From Escherichia coli (GTDB taxonomy: Bacteria > Pseudomonadota > Gammaproteobacteria > Enterobacterales > Enterobacteriaceae), in NCBI RefSeq assembly GCF_024298765.1, contig NZ_CP101210.1: DNA of 64,000 bases; one strand, given 5' to 3'. Shown here piece by piece: positions 26,934 to 36,664 of this stretch. The notes under the pieces are model-generated. The model was not told the DNA's origin. It saw nothing but the letters and a program-made list of their open reading frames with translations, and ran no database searches. Position numbers and translations under genes: made by a program. Position 1 is the first letter of the stretch, and every line of letters begins with the position of its first letter.

Positions 26934-28274
26934 TCAATGCAACTCATCAAGTTTTCTCATCGCTTGTTCCCGTATTGCGCGCGTCTTACCGTTAAGCGCC
27001 AGCTGGCGGACTAAATCCAGTTCAGGGTTAACAAGCTCTAACGCCAGCAAAGGATCACGTTTCAGCCTCGCCTTTAATACATCAACTGGAAAACGGGGAT
27101 TATTCATCGCCACAATCCACCACTCGGGATCAATTTCTGCCGCCAGTACTGCAGGCGGTGTGTGGCGGTTGTTAAGTGCGCCGAACTTGAAAAATGTGAG
27201 ATTGCTTTTCGCCAGTGTACTCCACCATATACGATCCGGTTGTTTTGCCAGTACATCCAGTTGTGCTAACGCATCGGGTTCTAGTGCATAATAAACACGT
27301 AACGCTTCGTTAACCTGCGCACGGGAACTGTTTTCCTGCCTCAGAAAAAACTTCGCCCAAATATCATTTCGTGGCGTGTTTTGCTGTAATTCCTTTAAGC
27401 CTTGGGAGAGTTCGCATTATGGCAAGATCAAATGTCGCAATGTCTCGTCCTTCAAATGCAGCAACGTTGCCTTCATCCAGCATTTGCAATTCCTGCAATA
27501 ATTCAGGAGAAGACTTAGGGCGAAACAGCGCTTCTTTTTTCATCTGATTACAGACATTCCCTGCTATGCGAATATTGCTTCGCTTAAAAATTTCTTTCAG
27601 AGCATCTTCATCATTTATTAGGCCCCAATAATATGCATCAGGATTTATTATCATCAGCGCTTTTTTGACATTTTCAGTGTCATTTTTGTCACTCGCACGG
27701 ACCATGAATTCACTATTTGTCGAAGATGCAACAACAGGTGCAATTATGTCATTGATAAATATCCCGCGCGCATTAATACTTCCCTTAATCGTAGACGGAT
27801 TATCGTAATATGAGTCGATAAATACCAGTCCACTTGCATTTATCGAACCGGTAATTAACAGTGGTGAATCCGTAACTATATTCGTTGCCGTTACGTTACG
27901 TTACGTTACGTTACGTTACGTTACGTTACGTTACCGAGAATAACCCATGGATTAGAAAGAGAGAAAGTGGAAATATTACCTTTGACTGTCAAATTGCCAA
28001 GAACAATCAATTTTTGATTACTCTCTATATTACCTTCTACCATTAAATCGCCACGATGCACTTTCCAGTCCGATGCAGATAAACCGACGGGGACAAGATT
28101 CACGCTACTGTTGATAGCTTGTTCAACTTGTTGTTTATCTTCAGCGGTAGCCGCAGAAAAAAATGGTTCAATATCAACTGCATTTACAACACATCGAAGT
28201 TCCGCCTGTACTGGAAGACTCAGCATAAACAGGGGAAGTAAACCTATCCAGCTGCAAATCCTGGGCTTAAACAT
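26934..28274 (-). pseudogene. ydbD: Decayed ydbD-like gene for a secreted protein: N-terminal signal-peptide segment, stop inside a pentanucleotide repeat, further frameshift near 27364-27420
   Basis: Three collinear minus-strand coding segments in different frames (28274-27921, 27900-27364, 27417-26934), hand-translated; sits where ydbD lies between ydbC and ynbA. Confidence 0.5.
27889..27933. repeat. Perfect pentanucleotide microsatellite (CGTTA)9; TAACG on the coding strand
   Basis: Read directly: cg + ttacg x8 + ttac; the minus-strand reading frame terminates at TAA inside the array. Confidence 0.95.
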
Positions 28275-28334
28275 ATGCACTCCATGCCATTAAAAAAGAA
28301 TAAATATCCTCCGGCATAGCCGGAGGTTTTTCAA

Positions 28335-29046
28335 ATGCGCCTATAAGGCTCTCTTACCAGCCGCGCCCTAACAGGCGCACACGATCTGACATTTGCATCC
28401 AACTTCGTTACTTACGGCCCGTAAACGGGCTGCCCGGATAGGGAATCGATAACTGCTCTCCCATTTTATCCTCTTCAAGCTGGTGCTTTATGTAATCCTG
28501 TATCTTCGCCGTGTTCTTACCCACCGTATCGACGTAGTACCCTCTGCACCAGAACTCTCTGTTCCTGTATTTGAATTTCAAATCACCAAACTGCTCGTAA
28601 AGCATCAGACTGCTTTTCCCTTTCAGATATCCCATAAAGCCGGATACACTCATTTTGGGCGGGATCTCCACAAGCATATGGATATGATCTGCACAGCATT
28701 CAGCTTCAAGAATCCGTACGCTTTTCCACTCACACAGCTTTCTCAAAATACTGCCTATTGCTCTACGCTTCTCTCTGTAGAACACTTGTCTTCGGTATTT
28801 TGGCGCAAAAACTATGTGATATTTACAGTTCCATCGGGTGTGCGCTAAGCTCTTTTCGTTCCCCATTGGGACCCCCTTTTGATTTCTTGTTTGACACTTG
28901 CAGTTGCCAGACCGCAAGGTGTTTTAACAAATCAAAAGGGGTTTTAATAACTGGCTCAAAGCTGAAAGCTTTCCGGAACCCCCAGCCTAGCTGGGGGTTT
29001 TCTGTGCACAAACAAAAGGGAAATGCATCTTTCCCTTTTGTATATT
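28335..29046 (-). mobile_element. IS200-type insertion sequence (IS200/IS605 family), ends approximate
   Basis: Y1 transposase gene plus upstream hairpins (aacccccagcctagctgggggtt; aaaagggaaatgcatctttccctttt); no terminal inverted repeats expected; ends estimated from ~707-bp size. Confidence 0.8.
28408..28866 (-). CDS. tnpA: IS200 transposase TnpA (Y1 / HUH family)
   Basis: 152 aa from MGNEKSLAHTRWNCKYHIVFAPKYRRQVFY... with HxH motif (HIHMLVEIPP). Confidence 0.9.
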   Translation of the reverse strand: MGNEKSLAHTRWNCKYHIVFAPKYRRQVFYREKRRAIGSILRKLCEWKSVRILEAECCADHIHMLVEIPPKMSVSGFMGYLKGKSSLMLYEQFGDLKFKYRNREFWCRGYYVDTVGKNTAKIQDYIKHQLEEDKMGEQLSIPYPGSPFTGRK

Positions 29047-29048
29047 CG

Positions 29049-29909
29049 TTATTCTCGCGAAATACCGTCCAACGTAGACAACACTTCCTCAGAAAGATGC
29101 AATTTTTCAGCAGCCATATTCTCCCGTAAATGCGCAACAGAAGACGTCCCTGGGATCAGCAAAATATTCGGTGAACGCTGTAACAGCCACGCCAGCGCCA
29201 CCTGCATTGGTGTTGCGCCCAGGCTCGCTGCTACATCCGAAAGTGTGGAGGATTGCAGCGGCGTAAAGCCCCCAAGCGGAAAGAACGGCACGTAGGCAAT
29301 GCCGTCACGAGCCAAAGCATCAATCATTGCGTCATCAGCACGATGAGCAATGTTGTATTCGTTCTGCACACAGACGATTTCGGTAATCTTACGCGCCTCT
29401 GCAACCTGCGTCGGTGTAACGTTGCTCAGACCAATATGTTTTACCAGGCCTTGTTGTTGCATCTCTGCCAGTACGGTCAGGCTGGCTTCAATCGATCCTT
29501 CCGCTGGGCCATGACCATCCCCCATCATAACGCGCAGGTTAACCACATCCAGTGCGCCCAGCCCGAGATTACGTAGATTATCGTGCACCGCTTTTTGCAG
29601 CTCTGCCGGAGAAAATGCGGGCAACCAGGATGCGTCCTCTCCACGCCGCGCACCAATTTTAGTGACAATTGTCAGGTCGTCAGAGTAAGGATAAAGCGCT
29701 TCGCGGATAATCTGATTGGTGACGTGCGGACCATAAAAGTCGCTGGTATCAATATGATTGACGCCCAATGCCAGCGCCTCACGCAGCACGGTTATAGCGA
29801 CGTGGCGATCTCTTGGGGGGCCAAAAACCCCAGGACCTGCCAGTTGCATCGCGCCATAACCAAGACGGTTAACGGATTTTGTACCGAGAGTAAATGTATT
29901 GCTGCTCAT
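29049..29909 (-). CDS. ydbC: Aldo-keto reductase family NAD(P)H-dependent oxidoreductase YdbC
   Basis: ORF 29049..30062; start set at MSSNTFTLGTKSVNRLGYGAMQLAG (286 aa). Confidence 0.9.
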   Translation of the reverse strand: MSSNTFTLGTKSVNRLGYGAMQLAGPGVFGPPRDRHVAITVLREALALGVNHIDTSDFYGPHVTNQIIREALYPYSDDLTIVTKIGARRGEDASWLPAFSPAELQKAVHDNLRNLGLGALDVVNLRVMMGDGHGPAEGSIEASLTVLAEMQQQGLVKHIGLSNVTPTQVAEARKITEIVCVQNEYNIAHRADDAMIDALARDGIAYVPFFPLGGFTPLQSSTLSDVAASLGATPMQVALAWLLQRSPNILLIPGTSSVAHLRENMAAEKLHLSEEVLSTLDGISRE

Positions 29910-30063
29910 CGCACCCTGCCCTGTAATAAAACGGATTAAGAAAAATAGTATAGAAACGAAAAGAGATAAATAATGCGAAGGCGTAAACAAGATTACTGGA
30001 TGAGTTGCTCTATTGCCCTGAAAGACACCAAAACAAAACGCGTCAAGTACCGCATCCGGCAAT

Positions 30064-30094
30064 AAAAAAACCGCAACCTGTATCAGCGTTGCGG
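30064..30094 (-). terminator. Rho-independent terminator after paaY
   Basis: Hairpin accgcaacc...ggttgcggt followed on the minus strand by U7. Confidence 0.7.
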
Positions 30095-30139
30095 TTTAGG
30101 TATCACATGCTAAAAATTAGAACGTCCAGCATCAGGACG

Positions 30140-30730
30140 TTACTGTTTCGGTCGCAGATTCTCATCAAATACCAGGCGCTGCCTGCCAGGTTCAACTTCC
30201 CGCAATGGCTCAACTTGATGCAACGTCTGCTTACTGCGTGTCACCAGCACCTGATACTCATGCGTGCCCTGCTTTTTCCATGCCAGTTCCTGCTCACTAA
30301 GTTCACGAATCGCTTTTGCCGGGCTGCCGACAATCAGGTAATTAGCAGGCATTTCTGCTTTGGCTTTCACAAATGCGGAAGCGCCAACAATGCTGTTCTC
30401 GCCAATCACCGCACCGTCCATCACTACCGCGTTCATACCCACTAATGCATTGCGGCGGATAATGCAGCCGTGAAGGATAGCGCTATGACCAATATGCCCA
30501 TCTTCTTCCACGACAGTATCCTGATCGGGAAAACCGTGCATAACGCAATTATCCTGAATGTTCGCGCCATCTTTCACCACGATACGACCGAAATCGCCAC
30601 GCAGGCTGGTATTTGGCCCAACGTACACGCCCTTGCCGAGAATAACATCGCCGATCAATACCGCTGTCGGATGGACAAAACTCTCTTCTGGCACAAACGG
30701 AGTCAGACCGTCTATCTGATAAATTGGCAT
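30140..30730 (-). CDS. paaY: Phenylacetate-pathway hexapeptide-repeat protein PaaY
   Basis: 196-aa [32 protein letters not shown]... Confidence 0.9.
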   Translation of the reverse strand: MPIYQIDGLTPFVPEESFVHPTAVLIGDVILGKGVYVGPNTSLRGDFGRIVVKDGANIQDNCVMHGFPDQDTVVEEDGHIGHSAILHGCIIRRNALVGMNAVVMDGAVIGENSIVGASAFVKAKAEMPANYLIVGSPAKAIRELSEQELAWKKQGTHEYQVLVTRSKQTLHQVEPLREVEPGRQRLVFDENLRPKQ

Positions 30731-30880
30731 AACGCCTCCTGTTCAATATTCAAGCCGCCAAAACGTTGAAAATACAGGCTTCCCGGCGCAGGCAATTCAC
30801 CGACCGAGGTTTCACCTTTTTCACTAACGAACGCTAAAGCAGCAGGCGCTACGCGCTGATAAAGTTTGCCGATAAAGGTT
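30712..30880 (-). pseudogene. paaX: Probable 3' remnant of paaX (C-terminal ~55 codons only)
   Basis: Minus-strand ORF ends 19 nt into paaY as in a paaX-paaY operon; upstream part of the ORF is antisense to the feaR remnant; boundary approximate. Confidence 0.45.
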
Positions 30881-31071
30881 TGGTAGTCGCGCAATATATC
30901 CGTAACCGTCGTCTCGATTTTTGTGCAGATGCGATTCGCCATGCCGCAGATGATGAAAAACTGGCAGGCATTGGCTTTCATTGGGGATTTTCCGACCAGA
31001 GTCATTTTTCAACGGTATTTAAGCAACGCTTTGGGATGACGCCAGGCGAGTATCGACGTAAATTCCGCTAA
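30880..31071 (+). pseudogene. feaR: 3' remnant of an AraC-family regulator, probably feaR (C-terminal HTH only)
   Basis: 63-aa ORF ending ...GFSDQSHFSTVFKQRFGMTPGEYRRKFR, a typical AraC C-terminal helix; convergent with ydbL as feaR is. Confidence 0.5.
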
Positions 31072-31109
31072 CTAATTCGCGTTGCATGTACAGCAACGCG
31101 AATTAGTTA
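31070..31109. terminator. Long perfect hairpin between the feaR remnant and ydbL
   Basis: ~17-bp stem ctaactaattcgcgttgc / gcaacgcgaattagtt. Confidence 0.6.
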
Positions 31110-31242
31110 AAACAGATATTTGACTATGCATTTTTCAGGGCGAAAGGCAATTTGACAGGAATTTTTGAATATTCACGTTGTTTCCGGAAAATAGATTAAT
31201 CGTCTTCTCCTGTAGCGTTATCCCGATATTGCGGTTTTGCTA

Positions 31243-31569
31243 TTAAAATTTTCGCACCCATTTACCGTTTATCCCTTGTACATATTCCCCGGGTTTGGCC
31301 CGTTCTACAAGCTTTTGCCCGGCGAGTTTCGCGATATCATCCACCGACACATTATTCTGCTTTGCCAGTTGTTGATAGCTCGCTTTACGTTCGGCATTGA
31401 TGTCGGTTACTAATTTCTCAGTTTCAGCATCTGTTTTCAGCGCAACCAGATAACCATAAAATGTTTCGCCTACCCGCCCCTGAGTTCTGGCTTCATCCAG
31501 AGTCAATGCCATTACATTGCTGCTTACCAAGCCAACAAGAAATGCACAAAGAAGTAATGTTCTTTTCAT
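31243..31569 (-). CDS. ydbL: DUF1318-family periplasmic protein YdbL
   Basis: ORF 31243..31650; start set at MKRTLLLCAFLVGLVSSNVMA (108 aa, signal peptide). Confidence 0.85.
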   Translation of the reverse strand: MKRTLLLCAFLVGLVSSNVMALTLDEARTQGRVGETFYGYLVALKTDAETEKLVTDINAERKASYQQLAKQNNVSVDDIAKLAGQKLVERAKPGEYVQGINGKWVRKF

Positions 31570-31576
31570 CATCACC

Positions 31577-31762
31577 TCAAAAAAGATCGCTACGGGTCTC
31601 AAGCAGCTCTTCGACATCTTTGTCTGCCTTGATGATGATCTCATGCTCAATTTTAACGTTCATATTGATAGTGATCGGTTCCTTAGGTGCAGCGACTTCA
31701 ATGCGAGGCGTACAGCCAACCAGCATAAAAGATGACGTCAACGCAGCCAGTAAAATTTTCAT
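31577..31762 (-). CDS. ynbE: Small lipoprotein YnbE
   Basis: 61-aa ORF with lipobox (LVGCT); overlaps ydbH stop. Confidence 0.85.
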   Translation of the reverse strand: MKILLAALTSSFMLVGCTPRIEVAAPKEPITINMNVKIEHEIIIKADKDVEELLETRSDLF

Positions 31763-34398
31763 TGTTTATCCTCACACTCTTTTCCTTGCGGACAGTCATT
31801 TCCCGGTAGATGCGCGTTCTGCTCCAGCCATGCCTGGAGATTATCGCCAAAGCGTAAACTGCGCCACAGCGTAAAAATATTCTCTTCATGATGGTAATTA
31901 AGATTTACCGTACCGCTTTTACCATCAACGCGACTGGTACCTGTAATATTGGCCTGCATGGTTAATAAACCGAGATTATCTAAATTAATTTTTGTCGATG
32001 AACGGCTAATTTCCATATAGCGCAACCAGTTAATTGCTGAACCCGCGGTCATATTGTCTTTCACCACCGCATCTGCGGTGTCTTTATCCAGCCGCAAGGT
32101 CATTGGCCCGCTATTTGCCAGCCAGCCGTCTTTCACTATCCATTTTTCGTTGTTTAGCCATAACGGCAATGCACCACTAAATGCCCCGGACATGGCGAAT
32201 TGTTTCGGATTGACGGCGCTAACCAGTTCGCTGGATGAGAGATTATTCAGCCGCAACAGCGCCGAGTCATGTTGCGGCATGCGTAATTGTTTCATCAGCA
32301 CGTTACCGCCTAACACATCGACGCTAACATCAGTCAACAGCAATGGTTCGTCTTCACTCCACGGATAACGCCCTTGCAAATCAGCCGTAATATTTTTCGC
32401 TGTCACCAGATTAATCACTTCGGCAATTCGCAACGTAACGGGGCCGCGAGTCCCCAGATGCCAGGCTCCATCGGCAAAACGGAAAGGCAGGACAAAATCG
32501 ACACCGTTAACCTGATTATCTGGCATCCAGGCACTACCGCCTTTCAACACACCGTGCCCTCCCGCGCGGAATCCTTGTTCAGGCGCAGCTGAAAATGCAA
32601 CCTGAGCATACAGTTCGCCATCGCGTAAGTTCATCTTCCAGTCGGGTGGCACCAGCGGCTGGAATACAGTCAGTGATTGTTTAGGCCACCAGGCGTTACC
32701 GCGCAGACGAATACCGTCCCAGCGACCATTTACCCGAACCGGGCCAATCTCACCAGCATGTAAATCGCCTTTAAAGAGGAAATACGTCGGATCGCGCCCA
32801 TCGACGCTAAATTTTAAGGTTGATGGCGGTAACACACTGCCGCCAGTGAACAGTGTTTGCCCGGCGTCCAGTGACAGCGCGCCGCTGAAGGAGGGATGCT
32901 GTGCGTCACGTACCCAGACGACAGGCTTGTCGAGAATTAATCGCGGCTTTTCTACCGTCATCGTACCGTATTGTAACTGGTCGAAACCGGTGGAGAGATC
33001 GGTCAGCGTAATCGTGCTGTCATGCCACTCACCCTTTCCTGCGACATCCCAGGTGGCATTCATCGGTGTAAAACTGCCTTTTCCCCAGTAGCGCCACTGC
33101 CAGCGGCCAGCGTCAGGGAGAAAATCATTCGCCAGCCCATCCATATGCAGCACGAAATCGCCCAGTTCATTTTCATGCGCCTGCAAAATGGCCTGCAAAC
33201 GTCCGTCAACACCACGTTGGGTGACTTTTACACCCGCTAAAGGCCAGCGGATTTCATCGATGTCCAGCGAATCGATGACTCTTCCCTTCGAACGTAATAA
33301 CGCGCCTGGCTCAAAGGCCAGCGTTGGGTCAGTCAGACTTCCGCTTAGCTGCGCAGGTAAACGGGCATATAAAATGAGGTCCGCCTGTTTCGCTTCACCG
33401 GTCAGTTGCATAGGCAGCTGGCTGTTATCCATGCTTAATTTTCCTGGGCCAAAATTTAGCACCGCGTTGCCTTTACCCGCTTGCCCCTGGGTCAGCACAC
33501 TCAGTCGTCCGCTGACCAGAGCGTTCTCGAGCCCTGCCTGCCAGTTGTCGACTTTGACACCCAGTCGGCCACTCAAAGGAAAACCTGCATACGGCCAGCT
33601 CCAGCGACCATCGCTTACGGTCAATTGTTGACGAGTAATTTGCCACGGCAAATCGAGCAACGGATCGCCGTTATCCCGTGCCAGCACAATCAATTGCCCG
33701 CTATTTTCCTGCCAGTCCAGCTCGGCATCCACCAGTGACGGTTCCTGCGGCAAGTTTAACGTCGCAGTAGCATGGCCACTTACAGGAAGTCCATCCGGCA
33801 CTAGCGGCATAGTAAATTCCCCCACCAGTTTTACCGGCGGCTGATTTTCAAACGCGGCGACATCCAGTTCGCTGACTGTAAGTTGTTGCCCTTTAAGCTG
33901 GCCTTGAAATTTAACTTTTTCGCCCTGATAACGCAGTTGCTGGATATCAGAGGTTAACGCGAGAGAGAGTTTTCCCTGCCACTCCTGCCAGGGAGAAAAA
34001 ATCAGTTTATCGATATTGATCCAGGTGTTAGGCAACATGGCCTGCCACTGCGCGAGGGTTTTTGGAGCGGCAGGCGATTGCTCCGTCTGCGGCAATTTCG
34101 CCAGACAAGCAGAATCAAGTTCTACCGTGCCGACGTTCAATAACCAGCGGCTCGGATGTGAAAGGCTGGCGTTGGTGATATGCGCAAGCTGACAATCTCC
34201 CACCAGATAACGGAGATCGGGAATGATTAAACCTTTACGCGTAATGCGTGGGCTTTCATCTAATGCAATACGTGTCCCGAGCGGTAGCCAGATGCCCGCC
34301 AGCGTGGGAACCCACAAGCCGAGCGTCATCAGCAGCGTCAACGGCACAAGAATAATCAGTAATAACAGCGCGAGAACGGCTTTATATTTACCCAGCAT
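31759..34398 (-). CDS. ydbH: AsmA-like envelope protein YdbH
   Basis: 879-aa ORF with N-terminal TM anchor, synteny. Confidence 0.9.
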   Translation of the reverse strand: MLGKYKAVLALLLLIILVPLTLLMTLGLWVPTLAGIWLPLGTRIALDESPRITRKGLIIPDLRYLVGDCQLAHITNASLSHPSRWLLNVGTVELDSACLAKLPQTEQSPAAPKTLAQWQAMLPNTWINIDKLIFSPWQEWQGKLSLALTSDIQQLRYQGEKVKFQGQLKGQQLTVSELDVAAFENQPPVKLVGEFTMPLVPDGLPVSGHATATLNLPQEPSLVDAELDWQENSGQLIVLARDNGDPLLDLPWQITRQQLTVSDGRWSWPYAGFPLSGRLGVKVDNWQAGLENALVSGRLSVLTQGQAGKGNAVLNFGPGKLSMDNSQLPMQLTGEAKQADLILYARLPAQLSGSLTDPTLAFEPGALLRSKGRVIDSLDIDEIRWPLAGVKVTQRGVDGRLQAILQAHENELGDFVLHMDGLANDFLPDAGRWQWRYWGKGSFTPMNATWDVAGKGEWHDSTITLTDLSTGFDQLQYGTMTVEKPRLILDKPVVWVRDAQHPSFSGALSLDAGQTLFTGGSVLPPSTLKFSVDGRDPTYFLFKGDLHAGEIGPVRVNGRWDGIRLRGNAWWPKQSLTVFQPLVPPDWKMNLRDGELYAQVAFSAAPEQGFRAGGHGVLKGGSAWMPDNQVNGVDFVLPFRFADGAWHLGTRGPVTLRIAEVINLVTAKNITADLQGRYPWSEDEPLLLTDVSVDVLGGNVLMKQLRMPQHDSALLRLNNLSSSELVSAVNPKQFAMSGAFSGALPLWLNNEKWIVKDGWLANSGPMTLRLDKDTADAVVKDNMTAGSAINWLRYMEISRSSTKINLDNLGLLTMQANITGTSRVDGKSGTVNLNYHHEENIFTLWRSLRFGDNLQAWLEQNAHLPGNDCPQGKECEDKQ

Positions 34399-34605
34399 GG
34401 GTAGTTAATATCCTGATTTAGCGAAAAATTAAGCATTCAATACGGGTATTGTGGCATGTTTAACCGTTCAGTTGAAGGTTGCGCCTACACTAAGCATAGT
34501 TGTTGATGAATTTTTCAATATCGCCATAGCTTTCAATTATATTTGAAATTTTGTAAAATATTTTTAGTAGCTTAAATGTGATTCAACATCACTGGAGAAA
34601 GTCTT

Positions 34606-35595
34606 ATGAAACTCGCCGTTTATAGCACAAAACAGTACGACAAGAAGTACCTGCAACAGGTGAACGAGTCCTTTGGCTTTGAGCTGGAATTTTTTGACTT
34701 TCTGCTGACGGAAAAAACCGCTAAAACTGCCAATGGCTGCGAAGCGGTATGTATTTTCGTAAACGATGACGGCAGCCGCCCGGTGCTGGAAGAGCTGAAA
34801 AAGCACGGCGTTAAATATATCGCCCTGCGCTGTGCCGGTTTCAATAACGTCGACCTTGACGCGGCAAAAGAACTGGGGCTGAAAGTAGTCCGTGTTCCAG
34901 CCTATGATCCAGAAGCCGTTGCTGAACACGCCATCGGTATGATGATGACGCTGAACCGTCGTATTCATCGCGCGTATCAGCGTACTCGTGACGCCAACTT
35001 CTCTCTGGAAGGTCTGACCGGCTTTACTATGTATGGAAAAACGGCAGGCGTTATCGGTACCGGTAAAATCGGTGTGGCGATGCTGCGCATTCTGAAAGGT
35101 TTTGGTATGCGTCTGCTGGCGTTCGATCCGTATCCAAGTGCGGCGGCACTGGAACTCGGTGTGGAGTATGTCGATCTGCCAACCCTGTTCTCTGAATCAG
35201 ACGTTATCTCTCTGCACTGCCCGCTGACACCGGAAAACTACCATCTGTTGAACGAAGCCGCCTTCGATCAGATGAAAAATGGCGTGATGATCGTCAATAC
35301 CAGTCGCGGTGCATTGATTGATTCTCAGGCGGCAATTGAAGCGCTGAAAAATCAGAAAATTGGTTCGTTGGGTATGGACGTGTATGAGAACGAACGCGAT
35401 CTGTTCTTTGAAGATAAATCCAACGACGTAATTCAGGATGACGTATTCCGTCGCCTGTCTGCCTGCCACAACGTGCTGTTTACCGGGCATCAGGCATTCC
35501 TGACAGCAGAAGCGCTGACCAGTATTTCTCAGACTACGCTGCAAAACTTAAGCAATCTGGAAAAAGGCGAAACCTGCCCGAACGAACTGGTTTAA
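34606..35595 (+). CDS. ldhA: Fermentative D-lactate dehydrogenase LdhA
   Basis: 329-aa ORF with NAD-binding motif GVIGTGKIG. Confidence 0.95.
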   Translation: MKLAVYSTKQYDKKYLQQVNESFGFELEFFDFLLTEKTAKTANGCEAVCIFVNDDGSRPVLEELKKHGVKYIALRCAGFNNVDLDAAKELGLKVVRVPAYDPEAVAEHAIGMMMTLNRRIHRAYQRTRDANFSLEGLTGFTMYGKTAGVIGTGKIGVAMLRILKGFGMRLLAFDPYPSAAALELGVEYVDLPTLFSESDVISLHCPLTPENYHLLNEAAFDQMKNGVMIVNTSRGALIDSQAAIEALKNQKIGSLGMDVYENERDLFFEDKSNDVIQDDVFRRLSACHNVLFTGHQAFLTAEALTSISQTTLQNLSNLEKGETCPNELV

Positions 35596-35705
35596 TCTTG
35601 CCGCTCCCCTGCATTCCAGGGGAGCTTATTCAGATAATCCCCAAAGACCTTTCATCCTCTATTCTTAAAATAGTCCTGAATCAGAAACAGTAATTGAGAA
35701 CCACA

Positions 35706-36128
35706 ATGAAGAAAGTAGCCGCGCTTGTTGCGCTAAGCCTGCTGATGGCGGGATGTGTAAGTAGTGACAAAATTGCTGTAACGCCAGAACAGCTACAGCA
35801 TCATCGCTTTGTGCTGGAAAGCGTAAACGGTAAGCCCGTGACCAGCGATAAAAATCCGCCAGAAATCAGCTTTGGTGAAAAGATGATGATTTCCGGCAGC
35901 ATGTGTAACCGCTTTAGCGGTGAAGGCAAACTGTCTAATGGTGAACTGACCGCCAAAGGGCTGGCAATGACCCGTATGATGTGCGCTAACCCGCAGCTTA
36001 ATGAACTCGATAACACCATTAGCGAAATGCTGAAAGAAGGTGCACAAGTGGATCTGACCGCGAACCAGTTAACGCTGGCGACCGCGAAACAGACATTAAC
36101 TTATAAGCTGGCGGATTTAATGAATTAA
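35706..36128 (+). CDS. hslJ: Heat-shock lipoprotein HslJ
   Basis: ORF 35694..36128; start set at MKKVAALVALSLLMAGCVSS (140 aa, lipobox). Confidence 0.85.
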   Translation: MKKVAALVALSLLMAGCVSSDKIAVTPEQLQHHRFVLESVNGKPVTSDKNPPEISFGEKMMISGSMCNRFSGEGKLSNGELTAKGLAMTRMMCANPQLNELDNTISEMLKEGAQVDLTANQLTLATAKQTLTYKLADLMN

Positions 36129-36391
36129 TAGCTGCCACAGCTCCCGGCGGCAAGTGACTGTTCGCTACAGCGTTTGCCGTTGGGTAATGCACACATCCCA
36201 ATCGCCGTACCATCCAGTTGGCGGGCAACAGAAAGCGAACCGCCGATCATTGCACAATTTGCTTCTCCACTACTGGACATCGACGCTTTTAAACCTGGCG
36301 CTACGTGCGCCGCAGTCGCCTGCTGAACAGGTTCACTACTACACGCCGACAACAATAAAGCGGCACACCCTACCCAAAACGCTGCTCGCAT
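36125..36391 (-). CDS. ydbJ: DUF333-family lipoprotein YdbJ
   Basis: 88-aa ORF with lipobox (LLSACSS). Confidence 0.8.
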   Translation of the reverse strand: MRAAFWVGCAALLLSACSSEPVQQATAAHVAPGLKASMSSSGEANCAMIGGSLSVARQLDGTAIGMCALPNGKRCSEQSLAAGSCGSY

Positions 36392-36664
36392 CTTTTCTTC
36401 CTCTGATCTTCAAGCCAAACGACACCGCCATAAATAATAGGCAGCACAGAGGGCGGCGTCGAGAGCTGTCCTGCGCGTTGCCCCGCATTTTTACTTTTTT
36501 ATGGCTATTTTTTTGCCCTCTGTTTGATCAAAACATTCATTACGCTAATGTGGGGGACACAAAAGCGAAAATGCAGAAGAAAGCCATTTGCTAAAATTGA
36601 ACGATTACTACTGGGCGCGCAGCAATTTCGTGCGCCCCTCATTTGCGCAATGTAAGGGTGTCAT

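Noticed and set aside
27889-27933. Pentanucleotide repeat as a possible CRISPR array
   Set aside because: The unit is 5 nt with no spacers and no cas genes nearby; it is a simple-sequence microsatellite.
28111-29295. Small ORFs on both strands within and beside IS200 (28111..28293, 28483..28848, 28758..29129, 28823..29137, 29023..29295)
   Set aside because: They overlap the IS200 transposase or its structured ends, or are antisense to the ydbD-like N-terminus and ydbC; none has coding support.
30470-31012. ORFs 30470..30769 (+), 30549..30746 (-) and 30824..31012 (-) around paaY and the deletion junction
   Set aside because: Overlap paaY or the remnant ORFs in alternative frames; no RBS or domain support.
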